Virus record (IMG/VR): IMGVR_UViG_3300032242_003075
Location: 25,883 to 89,882 of that record
Origin: a virus
Direction: 5' to 3' (one strand)
DNA length: 64,000 nucleotides
In this document: in pieces, positions 38,284 through 47,968 of the stretch
How the letters are laid out: every line of letters begins with the position of its first letter
How positions within the stretch are numbered: position 1 is the first letter of the stretch
Notes under the pieces: generated by a model
The model's database searches: none
Told to the model about the DNA's origin: nothing
What the model saw: only the letters and a program-made list of their open reading frames with translations
Made by a program: the position numbers and the translations under genes

Positions 38284-39564
38284 TTAGTTTTGTGCTCTTC
38301 TTTTGAGCATTTCAAGGTAGTTATTAGAATATCCTCTAACTGCCTCATTTACTTTTTCTAACGAAACGTAACCTTCTTTACCTTGGTCTTCGTTGAGTAT
38401 GTGATTATTTATATTTGCTGAAGTTGCAAGTCTTTCACGAATTCCTCTAAGATCTCTAGCATCCCAGAAAGCCTTAACTTGATATGGTGTGTTTAGCACT
38501 AAGTTTGAAGCTTGAGCACCTATCCAATTTCTTTCTGCAGCCGTCATGCTTTCGAATAGTTCTTTGTAGTTAGTTGGCATGAACTTAATGTAGGCTGGAG
38601 TGTTTTCCACCTGTTTGTTTAACACCGCTTCCATTAAGTTAACAACCTCATCTTCGGTGAAGTAGATGGCGCCCTTTAACGTTTCAACGATTGCAGTTTT
38701 AGTAGCTTGATCTAAGTTATAGAAAGCTTGTTTTCTATTTTCGTTTAGTAACTTTAAGAACGGATACTTATTCTCTAGGATCGATTTAGCTGAATTCGAT
38801 TTAATATGAGTTAGGATGTTATCAACCGCGCTGGTGATATCGTCAACCGATGAACTTTCATCAACGTTAACTCCAAGACCCTCGTTTAATTTTTTAACCT
38901 CTCCAAGAAGGGTACGAGTTTTAGCTGATGCGCTAGGTAAGATCTTATCGTTTAACGATTCAGCTATGTATTCTGAGTATTTGATACCCCTTTCTAAGCT
39001 TTCTCCCAAGTAATTTGAGTACTTAATTGATGCTTCAAGATTCTCGGCTAAATAATTAGAGTACTTGATTCCGCTTTCCGCGCTTTCGGCTACGTATTCT
39101 GTGTACTGAATTCCCTTGTCCAACGATTCAGCTAAGTAATTAGCATAGGCTACAGTTTTTTCAACTCCTTCAGCGACGTATTCCGTGTAGTTGATGTTTT
39201 GGTTAAGTTTTTCTCCAATGTAGTCCGAGTAGGCAATGTTCTTTGCAACTTTTTCTCCAAGGTAGTCAGCGTAATCAATTGTATTGTTGACTTTCTCAGC
39301 AACGTGCTCAGTGTAACCAATTCCTTTATTTAGCATCGTTGACAAATAGTTAGAGTATTCAACCACTTGTTGAAGTTCTCCGGCTAAGTAGTTAACGTAT
39401 TCGGTTAATTTGGAAACCAACGGAGATTCTCCCTCAGCTGATTCATTGATCTTGATTAGATCCTTATTGTTCTTTTGTATGCTTTCATGAAGAGTCGAAA
39501 ATTTCTTTTTAACCAGTTCAGAATACCGGTTCATCTCTTCTTTTGTTACAAACTCATTAGCCAT
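38284..39564 (-). CDS. Putative nested in-frame scaffold protein (starts MANEFV)
   Basis: In-frame ATG (codon 235) with an A-rich leader and an internal AATAAATAA late-promoter motif at 39602-39610. Confidence 0.5.
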   Translation of the reverse strand: MANEFVTKEEMNRYSELVKKKFSTLHESIQKNNKDLIKINESAEGESPLVSKLTEYVNYLAGELQQVVEYSNYLSTMLNKGIGYTEHVAEKVNNTIDYADYLGEKVAKNIAYSDYIGEKLNQNINYTEYVAEGVEKTVAYANYLAESLDKGIQYTEYVAESAESGIKYSNYLAENLEASIKYSNYLGESLERGIKYSEYIAESLNDKILPSASAKTRTLLGEVKKLNEGLGVNVDESSSVDDITSAVDNILTHIKSNSAKSILENKYPFLKLLNENRKQAFYNLDQATKTAIVETLKGAIYFTEDEVVNLMEAVLNKQVENTPAYIKFMPTNYKELFESMTAAERNWIGAQASNLVLNTPYQVKAFWDARDLRGIRERLATSANINNHILNEDQGKEGYVSLEKVNEAVRGYSNNYLEMLKRRAQN

Positions 39565-40266
39565 TTGTTGTGTATTATTTTGTTTAGGTGTTGTTTCAGA
39601 GTTATTTATTCTGTAGATCTTCACAGAATCCTCGAAATTAAAATTCTCAGATATGTCAACTAATTGATTCGTAATAGCTGTTGTTTTTAATGAATCTAAT
39701 GATTCGAATAAGATGGAGAAGTTTTCTTGTAGGTTTTCGGACACCTGATTTAGCGTCGCTTGTTTAAAACCAGGTTCGTACACTAGGTCATACGTAAAGA
39801 TTCTCTGTAGTTTAACCTTACCGCTTTCAGACACGTTACCTGCGGCTCTTGAAGAGATTGAGATGACACATCCAGCCTCAACCAGAGTTTTAGCGATCCT
39901 TCCGCATGGCGTGTCTAGCAGCCTAACCTTAATTTTAACGCTATTTGACGGTTCATCATAAATTAGCGTTTCAATTACGTGAGATACGTTAGCTAGGGAG
40001 ACTTCGAATTTCTGAGGATGATCAAGTTCACCGAATAGTCTTCGCTGACTGATTTTTTCATTTAAGTATTGTAGATGGGGTAAGTACTCCTGTTTCTCAT
40101 ACACCCTATTGTTTTCGTTCATGATTCCGAAAACGGCTGCAGTACCTTCAAGGATAATATCATTATTTTCCTTGGTCACAGTTACCGCCTCATTAATGTG
40201 TTCAATTATAAAAACTGAATCCTTAGGTAGGGCAGGTGCATTTAGACTTACTATGGGTTTGTTCAA
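38284..40266 (-). CDS. Prohead protease (gp21-like) fused to scaffold/core (gp22-like)
   Basis: N.N.RVY, GELDHP, VSH.I, LLDTP.GRI, ISSRA.G, TYDLV..PGF; C-terminal 14-aa helical repeats. Confidence 0.9.
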   Translation of the reverse strand: MNKPIVSLNAPALPKDSVFIIEHINEAVTVTKENNDIILEGTAAVFGIMNENNRVYEKQEYLPHLQYLNEKISQRRLFGELDHPQKFEVSLANVSHVIETLIYDEPSNSVKIKVRLLDTPCGRIAKTLVEAGCVISISSRAAGNVSESGKVKLQRIFTYDLVYEPGFKQATLNQVSENLQENFSILFESLDSLKTTAITNQLVDISENFNFEDSVKIYRINNSETTPKQNNTQQMANEFVTKEEMNRYSELVKKKFSTLHESIQKNNKDLIKINESAEGESPLVSKLTEYVNYLAGELQQVVEYSNYLSTMLNKGIGYTEHVAEKVNNTIDYADYLGEKVAKNIAYSDYIGEKLNQNINYTEYVAEGVEKTVAYANYLAESLDKGIQYTEYVAESAESGIKYSNYLAENLEASIKYSNYLGESLERGIKYSEYIAESLNDKILPSASAKTRTLLGEVKKLNEGLGVNVDESSSVDDITSAVDNILTHIKSNSAKSILENKYPFLKLLNENRKQAFYNLDQATKTAIVETLKGAIYFTEDEVVNLMEAVLNKQVENTPAYIKFMPTNYKELFESMTAAERNWIGAQASNLVLNTPYQVKAFWDARDLRGIRERLATSANINNHILNEDQGKEGYVSLEKVNEAVRGYSNNYLEMLKRRAQN

Positions 40267-40286
40267 CTTAGTCTGACTTTTTTGAT

Positions 40287-40294
40287 TATTTATA
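40287..40294 (-). promoter_or_regulatory. T4-type late promoter TATAAATA
   Basis: Exact consensus 20 nt upstream of the protease start. Confidence 0.7.
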
Positions 40295-40330
40295 CGCGCT
40301 ACCTATAGAACAAGGTGAACTGCGTTAACG

Positions 40331-41230
40331 TTATTTATTAACGCTAATCAATAAGTCTCTGAGGCTTGTAAGTTCTTCCTCAGTAAGTTGTGCCAGATCC
40401 GGCATTTTGACGTTTATTTTGAAAATTAAGCCTCCACGATTTCCGTATTCAGAAACCAGGCCCATTTCTGGGATTCTAATTCTAAGATCTGTTAATTTAT
40501 TTGAACCTAACGATTTGATCCTAAATTTTTTACCCAGGTTGCTCTCTAGGATGATTTCCTTTCCGAATAATACATCATAAAGAGTTAATTCGGTCTCCTG
40601 AACAAGATCCGTGTGTTCTATTGAGAGTCCCAGCATGTCGATGTTAACGTTGACTATTAAATCTCCGCTAACTCGGCTAGTTGACTCGAGGCCAAATTGT
40701 AGACGCTGTTTAATTTCTTTTTTTGATCCGCCTCCCCTAACCTTCAATACGATCACATGCTGACCGTTTTTAAATGATATTGGATAAGTTCCAGTTAAGA
40801 GATTTATTGATAAGGATACAGATTTCCATTCATGTAGCGATTCTGATCCAACTGAGTTCATAATTACGTACTCAAGGTCAAAGGATTTACCTTCCATTAG
40901 TTCCTTAATCGTTGCCCATTTATCAACGGTCACGTTTAGGATCCTGGTGTCGAATTTATCGTACTTGGAAGAAAAATCAAAATCGGTAAATGACCCAAAG
41001 AAATCGCTATACTTTGAACTATTCGTTCGACTAGCGTCGTATGCCTTTCGTTTAGCTTCGTTACCTAAGGTTTCATAGGCTTCCGACACGATTTTAAACT
41101 TCTCCTCCGATTCCTTGCTATTATCATTCTTATCAGGGTGATGTTCGGCTGCAAGCTTTCGATACGCCTTGCGTATCTCATCCTGAGTAGCAGCATCAGT
41201 TATCCCTAAGTCAGCATAATAATTTTTCAA
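40331..41230 (-). CDS. DnaJ/CbpA-like co-chaperone (J domain + C-terminal domain, no Zn finger)
   Basis: NYY..LG, I.KAYRKLA..HHPDKN, F..V.EAYE.L; C-terminal GDL and G.RG.L. Confidence 0.88.
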   Translation of the reverse strand: MKNYYADLGITDAATQDEIRKAYRKLAAEHHPDKNDNSKESEEKFKIVSEAYETLGNEAKRKAYDASRTNSSKYSDFFGSFTDFDFSSKYDKFDTRILNVTVDKWATIKELMEGKSFDLEYVIMNSVGSESLHEWKSVSLSINLLTGTYPISFKNGQHVIVLKVRGGGSKKEIKQRLQFGLESTSRVSGDLIVNVNIDMLGLSIEHTDLVQETELTLYDVLFGKEIILESNLGKKFRIKSLGSNKLTDLRIRIPEMGLVSEYGNRGGLIFKINVKMPDLAQLTEEELTSLRDLLISVNK

Positions 41231-41283
41231 AATATGTGGATCTGTATTTTATTATAGTACTATAAAAGCTACTTCGCTTTCTA

Positions 41284-42087
41284 TTAATGGCCGACTGACA
41301 CAGTATCAGATAGTAGAGAATCTCTGAAGTTCAACACGATGTTCTGAGCTGCCCCTGGCGTCGAAGGTAGCTTAGCATCTATCATTGCAGCTAATGCGGT
41401 TAGCACCGAAAATAGCGTGTCTCCCATCACCGCGCTTTCGACAACGTTAGAAGACCCTATTCTGGTGTGTCCACCGTCAATGTGAACCGATTCAGCCGTC
41501 GTTTTAATTGAATTGGAAATGACGTTCACTTGGGACTGGCTCTGAACCGTTATTACGTTACCGTCCAATTCAATTGAAGATAGCCCGTCCTTGTGATAAA
41601 TTTCAATCTTGGAATCCTGATTAACGTTAATGTACGAATCTTTCATTTCAAAGGTTAGTCCTCTACCCTTATTGAAATAGAGCTTAATCTTTTCATCGCC
41701 GTCGAATAGAATGATGTGAGCTCCCTCGTATTCGTAATCTGAGCTCTTTTTGAGCTCTTCCCTAATATCATCTCCTATCTCTTGAACCTGTCCGTATTCC
41801 GGAGAATACAGGTCCCCGTTATTAAAGATGACCTCGACAATAGCGTTCTTTTTTGGAATTGAAATTGACCCGGCCTTTGCGTCCTGGCCAAAGAATGCTG
41901 GCTTTTTAGTTTGAACGGCCCAAGGTATGTCATCTGTTGGCAAATTGTCAAATATGCTAAAGACCCTTACCTTACATCTACCTTCCCTTAACGGATCATT
42001 TACGTCAACTACTTCACCCAAGTACTTTGTGGTTAAGGTGTCCGAACCGCTATGGTCCTTTTTTATGTCATGATCGGCGTTGAACAT
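41284..42087 (-). CDS. Baseplate hub/spike gp5-like (OB fold + beta-helix)
   Basis: YLG.VVD..DP...GRCKVRV, IPWA, IP.....V.V.F..GD..SP. Confidence 0.8.
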   Translation of the reverse strand: MFNADHDIKKDHSGSDTLTTKYLGEVVDVNDPLREGRCKVRVFSIFDNLPTDDIPWAVQTKKPAFFGQDAKAGSISIPKKNAIVEVIFNNGDLYSPEYGQVQEIGDDIREELKKSSDYEYEGAHIILFDGDEKIKLYFNKGRGLTFEMKDSYINVNQDSKIEIYHKDGLSSIELDGNVITVQSQSQVNVISNSIKTTAESVHIDGGHTRIGSSNVVESAVMGDTLFSVLTALAAMIDAKLPSTPGAAQNIVLNFRDSLLSDTVSVGH

Positions 42088-42099
42088 TATTTGCTAATT

Positions 42100-43182
42100 T
42101 TAGTATCCAGGTTCAATACCTAGATTGTTAATTGTTGGATTAGGCTGCGGCTCTGAATAGGTGAGGTCACCCACGAGAGAATTTTTAGCCGGCCCAATCG
42201 GTGAATTTCTTCCGAGTATTACGTCAGTGCTTCCAACCTCAGTTACCCTATTATACACGTTACCGATTACTTTGTTTTCAATTGATGCCTGTAGGTCATT
42301 AACCAAAGTTCCCACAAGTCTACCCGGTAACCTAGCCGCGCTCTGTAAAAATCTTTGGGCTCTACCCTCAAGTGAGCTTAACGCTCCTGCGAATATTCCA
42401 AGTGAGTGATAGTCAGATTCGGTCGATTGTTCCGAAAACTCAGTCACCCAACCCACCTTAATCTTAAATGATGTCGAGAAAGGTTTATCCTCTGTGTAGG
42501 CTGTGAACTCAGAGCCTCCTCCGGAACCCGATAAAATGTCAGAAAAGTCAAATTCACACCGATGAAGTATGAATCTTAGCTGATGTAATCCATTTTCAAG
42601 TTCGCCTAAATCATCCCTAATGTCCCGAATTTCGTATAATGTGATTGCCATGCTAAACGTTCTCATGTTATCTGGTAGGTTATAGCAAAGCTTGTCAAAA
42701 TCATAAATTGCCCTACGGTAGTATTCTGCGAATTTAAGTAAAGGTTGTTGGATTGAATCCAGACAGTTTATCGTAATTTCAGCTTTTTTATCTCCCTCCT
42801 TAACTCTGGTTGCTGCCTTCCACAAGCTATCAATTCCGTTGACCGATTGAAAGTACCATTGAGACTCCTGTAGAAGCTTGAGCTGCTGAGTAGCACCGGC
42901 CAAGTAAACAGCATTCTCTGAGGTCCAACTGCTACCGTATAGTCTCAACCATTCAATTGATGACATTTCCGGATTTGCATAGGGAGAAGCTGCTTCTCCG
43001 GTCAGAAATTCCTTGAACAAGTTATCAAAATAGAGGCCGTCTCCCATTGGGTGTTGAACCAGGCTCGTATCCTTTATGAAAAAATCCAGGTCGAAAGTTA
43101 GGAACACAGGGTCCTGTACGTCCGATACTGAGCTTTTAATGAACTGCTTATACTTCTTAGGTCCGTTTATTAATTGTGCCAT
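42100..43182 (-). CDS. Baseplate/tail-tube initiator-like protein
   Basis: Position in the baseplate cluster; tube-fold-like pattern (WYFQSV.G.D.LW, I.I.CL.S). Confidence 0.45.
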   Translation of the reverse strand: MAQLINGPKKYKQFIKSSVSDVQDPVFLTFDLDFFIKDTSLVQHPMGDGLYFDNLFKEFLTGEAASPYANPEMSSIEWLRLYGSSWTSENAVYLAGATQQLKLLQESQWYFQSVNGIDSLWKAATRVKEGDKKAEITINCLDSIQQPLLKFAEYYRRAIYDFDKLCYNLPDNMRTFSMAITLYEIRDIRDDLGELENGLHQLRFILHRCEFDFSDILSGSGGGSEFTAYTEDKPFSTSFKIKVGWVTEFSEQSTESDYHSLGIFAGALSSLEGRAQRFLQSAARLPGRLVGTLVNDLQASIENKVIGNVYNRVTEVGSTDVILGRNSPIGPAKNSLVGDLTYSEPQPNPTINNLGIEPGY

Positions 43183-43183
43183 G

Positions 43184-44671
43184 TTATGTTGGAAGTTCCA
43201 TTTTTGGTTCTGGGATCCAGCTTCTACGACTTAACATCATCCTAGTTGTGAATCTTCCGGTCGGTTTTATGATTTCATAATGATACGTTATTTCCTTAAC
43301 GTAATAGAATCCGCTCAGGTACTTGTCAAGAATCTCAGTAGCCATTCCTCCATCTTGATTTGAAGTTGTATCGTTTCTTTGAGAATTCGTCGAGCTCTTA
43401 TCGTCCTGTGTTGTATCATCAATCATCTGCTTGTATCGAGTTGAATAGATTGCAACCGCTACCCTAGAGCCTCTAGCTATGTTATGATTGAAACCTGGAA
43501 GCTCGATCTGAAGCATGTTCTTTTCGGTTTCTAATCGATTATGAGTGTTTATTAACTTTGCGAATTTATAGTTCGGATGAGAATTACCGTAATCGGTTCC
43601 CATCCACTTAACCACGTCATTCTTAACGAAGTCATCAAGTAAAGGAGTTTGGTGAACGGATCCGCTCTCTGATCTGGCTGATGATATGGGTTCAACGAAC
43701 CAATTTTTAACAGGATCAGTTTCTCCGTGTCTGTACATTATCACCCTTTTCCTAAAACCTTCCTCCTTTAAAATCTCCCCATTGTCGCTGATCATTGAGT
43801 GGTTTAGAATTCGACGATCCGATAGTTGACTCATCATTGATCCGTTTGATAAAACTAGGGGAACCTGTACATCGGGATTAACTAGGTCCTGGGAGTTTAA
43901 AGTTCTGCTGTTGTCAATAGCCTCAGTTGAATAGCTGCTATATCCCTCAGAGACATCCTTATCCTGATTAAACTGTCTTTCAACGTTCACGAAATTAAGT
44001 ATGTAATATCGGTCTATGAAACAGTCAAAGAAAGAAGTTTCGTTTTTATACGAATGATCGGCGACCGATTTAATGAATGACTTATAGGTCAAGTTTGGAT
44101 TTATCCAAGTCATTGAATCGTTTGTTATGTCCTCATTCGTCGCAAACCCCAATCCAAGCTCCTCAGCCACCTTTTTTAGAGTTTGGCCTGATGTTAGCTT
44201 GCTATAAGACTTAACGAAATTACCTCTTAGGTTGGGAACGTAAAGCTCACCAAAGAAATCGTATCGGGTTGATGTGTTATCCAGTGGAATCGGTATAACG
44301 CTTGTTATTAGAAAGGTTTGAGAAAATGATTTTAACTTTGAATGATTCGGTGCAACGTACACGGTCATTAACGGATTCGTTTTAGGAAATGTAACAGAAG
44401 TCATCGATCCAACCGGGTCAATTATGCTTAGATGAATCGTCGGAACCATTGAGTTTAAGTAAACGTTCATGCTAATTATGCTGGCCTCAGAAATTCTCAC
44501 GTTTCCAATTTTAACCAATGGTGCAAGCTTTCCCAGCTGACTAGCGTAGCCGGTCACCTCCGGTGTTCTAAACTTTCTATCTGAACCTTTTGTTTCTAGA
44601 TCAAGTAGATCAATTCTAGGTGGAGTTATCTTTGGGTCAAGGGTCTTTAGTATGAGATCAGACGCGGCCAT
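43184..44671 (-). CDS. Baseplate hub protein (gp27-like)
   Basis: Position; L..VA.ELGLGFATN, C-terminal G..V.V...LSG.Y.V..I.Y. Confidence 0.55.
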   Translation of the reverse strand: MAASDLILKTLDPKITPPRIDLLDLETKGSDRKFRTPEVTGYASQLGKLAPLVKIGNVRISEASIISMNVYLNSMVPTIHLSIIDPVGSMTSVTFPKTNPLMTVYVAPNHSKLKSFSQTFLITSVIPIPLDNTSTRYDFFGELYVPNLRGNFVKSYSKLTSGQTLKKVAEELGLGFATNEDITNDSMTWINPNLTYKSFIKSVADHSYKNETSFFDCFIDRYYILNFVNVERQFNQDKDVSEGYSSYSTEAIDNSRTLNSQDLVNPDVQVPLVLSNGSMMSQLSDRRILNHSMISDNGEILKEEGFRKRVIMYRHGETDPVKNWFVEPISSARSESGSVHQTPLLDDFVKNDVVKWMGTDYGNSHPNYKFAKLINTHNRLETEKNMLQIELPGFNHNIARGSRVAVAIYSTRYKQMIDDTTQDDKSSTNSQRNDTTSNQDGGMATEILDKYLSGFYYVKEITYHYEIIKPTGRFTTRMMLSRRSWIPEPKMELPT

Positions 44672-45270
44672 TAGTTAATCAGCTTATTTTTAAGCAAGGC
44701 AGCCTGTAGCTTAGTTCTTGATATTGGATCCGGGCAATCATCCTTTTTAATTGAAGTCACGTCGGTTCCAAAAACAATACGGCCGTTTACTATCTTAACT
44801 GATTTATCTCTAGCCACATTGGTTGGAGCTATTTGAGTTGATGAAGTCGACTGCAAGTAATTTATTCGGGTTTCATCCTGTTTCGTCTTAGGGTTAATGG
44901 CTGCACTGCTCTTCTTTTTCCTAGTCGAGGTCTGCCAATTACCGCCCGATCCGTTAAGCTTCTCAGGGTTGCTAACCATTGAGAGTAGAACTCCATCATC
45001 CGGTATCTTGATGAGATCTCCAACGTTTAAAGAAAATGGATTAGAAATACCGTTGTATTTCAACAGTAAGCACAGTAATCCGCTAGTTTGATAGAATGCC
45101 TTCGACAAGAGATCGGCTCTCATTTCAATGCCGTCCTCAACCAAGTAACTCTTACCCTGTCCGATCTTAACTCCCTTAAACGAAACGCTTCGTCTAGTTA
45201 AATCAACCACAGTATCTCCGTTAATTTTTGTGAAGTCTCGTTTATTCTCGAATATCTTTAAATCAATCAT
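44671..45270 (-). CDS. Baseplate wedge protein gp53-like (LysM-type)
   Basis: R.DL.S...Y......LLKYNGISNPFSL..GD.I.IP. Confidence 0.75.
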   Translation of the reverse strand: MIDLKIFENKRDFTKINGDTVVDLTRRSVSFKGVKIGQGKSYLVEDGIEMRADLLSKAFYQTSGLLCLLLKYNGISNPFSLNVGDLIKIPDDGVLLSMVSNPEKLNGSGGNWQTSTRKKKSSAAINPKTKQDETRINYLQSTSSTQIAPTNVARDKSVKIVNGRIVFGTDVTSIKKDDCPDPISRTKLQAALLKNKLIN

Positions 45271-45279
45271 TGTTAAAAG

Positions 45280-47229
45280 TTAGTTTTTACCGTAAGCTCT
45301 TTGGTAATAGAGCATTAGTAGAGTGCTGTCCACTGGCGAGTCTTTATTCACATTAACTCCCTTTGATACCGGTAAGTTATAGGCTTTTTCAACTCGACCT
45401 TGAAATTGATTGTACACCGCTTTACCAGCTTCAGTTAAGTTAGCGTAGTACTCCTGAATCTGCGTATCCGTATTCCCAGTTGTATCCGTGATAGTTGAGT
45501 ACAACTTAGTATTTTCAGTTCCAAATGTATCGCTTGCACTAGATGGTCTAAGTAAACCTTTAGTTAATTTACCTTGGCCCATGTTCAGCATTCTTTCAAT
45601 TGCGACCTTATCCCTAGGTTTCCCCTGTTGTAACTCAACAGTAAATGTGCAACCCGTCGGAAAATCATCCGGGCCAATTTCATCGTCCCATGCCATCCTA
45701 ACACTCTTGCAGATAAGATCGCCCATTGCGAATATTGGATTCATTGGATTTCCGAACACGATGTGCCATTCTCCAACCGGCCTATCTGATAACGCTGACT
45801 TTATTGAAATTAGGTTCGGTATTGCTCCTCCTAGCTTGTCATTGCTCATTACGCCGGCCTTAAAAAACTGTACAACTTCCGACAGTGGATCTTGTTTTAT
45901 TTTTTGACCGGCAACGTCCAATCCATGTTGGAAATCATTTAAGACTTTCAGTATTTGTTCAGAGCTTGAGCCAGTTGCAGTAGTTCCCCACTCAGTTAAT
46001 ATTTTTCCTAGTGCCTCGGTAACTGTCGGATCGAATTTTACTCCAGGCTTTGCAAAATACCGAGTTAATTGTCCCAAGAATTGAGCATCATTATATGTCA
46101 AGTTCATGAAATTTGAAATTAGGTCAAGAGCCACTATTTTTGGGCTTAGTCCGTTGAACGATCTAAACGAATAGCTAAAATTAATGGTGATTGTATTTTT
46201 CCAAGTAAGAGGCTGTATTCCTCTGGCCCTTCTAGTTGATTCATTGATTACGTTAACTGGGCCGTATACTCTGTTCCAGTAAGGGCCAGTTGTGTATAAG
46301 TCTCCTAAGTACTTCTGCAGCTTTGCTTCGTATCCTGAATTTTGTTGGGAGGCCTCATCAGTTCCACTAATTGAAGTGTAAGCTTTGTTCAGAGCGTTAC
46401 TAACCTCAGGTCCTCCTGGAATGTTCTTAAGTAGACTAGTTAGCTCACTAAGAAGCACTTCATTACCTTCTATTCTCTGTTCCTCTACCACGACGTCCGT
46501 CCATGGCATGTCCCAGCTAAATATTTGAAAACTACTAAGAGTGTTCCCAGTGTCTCCTCCGAACCAGGTCACAGCTTGTGCGATTGGAATTGCATGACGA
46601 TTTCCATTAACTTTATCGTTAAGTCTAAGGCTATCCCCTACTGGATAGGGGTATCTTCTTAAAGTAATTAATCGGTTATTTGGAATTTTACCGTAGTACT
46701 TACAAAAGTAAAAATCGGTTAAAGCATAGGGCTGAAATCCTATTCCGTTATACGGAGATTTCTCTGCTCCCCATTTGATCAATTTAGAGGCTGTTGGATT
46801 TGACAGCGCCGGAGAAACTTGAGTAAGTCGAGTAGGTTTACCTGCCGTTGAGCTTGCACCTGTTGACAATTTTTTTGCCTGTGCATTTGTTTGTTCTCTT
46901 TCTTCCTGTGCAATGATCTGTTCTCTTATTGCTTTTGCTTTAGCATCAAGTTCATCAGGCTCTGGATTTTTGGTTTGTTCGTATCCAATAAAATGTCCAT
47001 CAACTCTATAGTCAGTTCCTACCTGAAACCTTGAGTAATTAAATACTGTGAATTTATTAAATATTGAGCTAACGTTATTCTGGATGTAAGAACCTGGATT
47101 GTCTTTTCCGTACTTAGTTAATTCACTAGCTAATTGAGAATTGCTAGCAACGGTCTTTCCAAACCCAGCCAACGATTCCATGTAATTAACGCCGGTGAAG
47201 AACTTTTCAACCGCTAGGTGATCTGCCAT
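45280..47229 (-). CDS. Baseplate/tail structural protein
   Basis: First gene of the baseplate operon, after late promoter GATAAATAA (47249-47257); GNP.NPI..MG.LI, G.DDFPT. Confidence 0.5.
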   Translation of the reverse strand: MADHLAVEKFFTGVNYMESLAGFGKTVASNSQLASELTKYGKDNPGSYIQNNVSSIFNKFTVFNYSRFQVGTDYRVDGHFIGYEQTKNPEPDELDAKAKAIREQIIAQEEREQTNAQAKKLSTGASSTAGKPTRLTQVSPALSNPTASKLIKWGAEKSPYNGIGFQPYALTDFYFCKYYGKIPNNRLITLRRYPYPVGDSLRLNDKVNGNRHAIPIAQAVTWFGGDTGNTLSSFQIFSWDMPWTDVVVEEQRIEGNEVLLSELTSLLKNIPGGPEVSNALNKAYTSISGTDEASQQNSGYEAKLQKYLGDLYTTGPYWNRVYGPVNVINESTRRARGIQPLTWKNTITINFSYSFRSFNGLSPKIVALDLISNFMNLTYNDAQFLGQLTRYFAKPGVKFDPTVTEALGKILTEWGTTATGSSSEQILKVLNDFQHGLDVAGQKIKQDPLSEVVQFFKAGVMSNDKLGGAIPNLISIKSALSDRPVGEWHIVFGNPMNPIFAMGDLICKSVRMAWDDEIGPDDFPTGCTFTVELQQGKPRDKVAIERMLNMGQGKLTKGLLRPSSASDTFGTENTKLYSTITDTTGNTDTQIQEYYANLTEAGKAVYNQFQGRVEKAYNLPVSKGVNVNKDSPVDSTLLMLYYQRAYGKN

Positions 47230-47302
47230 TATTTAATGATTCTTTTGGTTATTTATCGAACCTACCAAGAAAGGCGGACCTACGAACTTGAGCCAAGTCA
47301 AT

Positions 47303-47941
47303 TTAGCCTACTAGGTCAGCCTTTTCCAATAGGGTGAGAGTGAACAGATCTGATCCCCAAACCTCAACTGACTTATTAACGATCGGTACCAGTTCCATGA
47401 AGTACGGTTCGGGCGAACCGCAACAAGCATTGCTCCAATTGTCAACTCTATATTCGTTTATGCTTGGGAGCACAACTCCCCTTGGCGACATTTTATGAAT
47501 GTTTAGTCCGATGTTACCGATTAACTGTTCAGCAACATGATCGATTTGATTATCTCGGTCTCCATCGCTCCATACCTTTAAGGTTCCCTTTTGAGCAAAG
47601 AACTCTCCCTCAGCGAAATGATAACCATTTCCCCAGCCCTTTCCCTTAGGGATCCACTGATGAGATCTTATGTACTGATTAGGCACTAACACCTTGGTCC
47701 CGCCAGCTAGCGGCTGGGTCGCTGATCCGTGACCGTACAGGCCTGCTTTGGTTGTGCAAGCTATGTGTAAAACGGTTTCAGCTCCTCCGACTCTGTATGG
47801 AACGAATAAATCATCATCAAAATGATTCGTGAAAGTATCCGAATTACGGACGAATATTAAGTTTAGGTTGTAATCTCCGTTGTCGAAGAATTTGTATCCC
47901 TTGAGTTCAACGCTTGCTTTTAGTGATTGGTAAAGGTTCAT
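47303..47941 (-). CDS. Putative cell-wall enzyme, L,D-transpeptidase-like His/Cys fold
   Basis: YNLN.I.VR, FDD, TT.AG, GLNIH...WSNAC resembles the G.NIH...WSxGC motif. Confidence 0.55.
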   Translation of the reverse strand: MNLYQSLKASVELKGYKFFDNGDYNLNLIFVRNSDTFTNHFDDDLFVPYRVGGAETVLHIACTTKAGLYGHGSATQPLAGGTKVLVPNQYIRSHQWIPKGKGWGNGYHFAEGEFFAQKGTLKVWSDGDRDNQIDHVAEQLIGNIGLNIHKMSPRGVVLPSINEYRVDNWSNACCGSPEPYFMELVPIVNKSVEVWGSDLFTLTLLEKADLVG

Positions 47942-47968
47942 TTTATTTAATTTTAATTTGTTAGTTGA

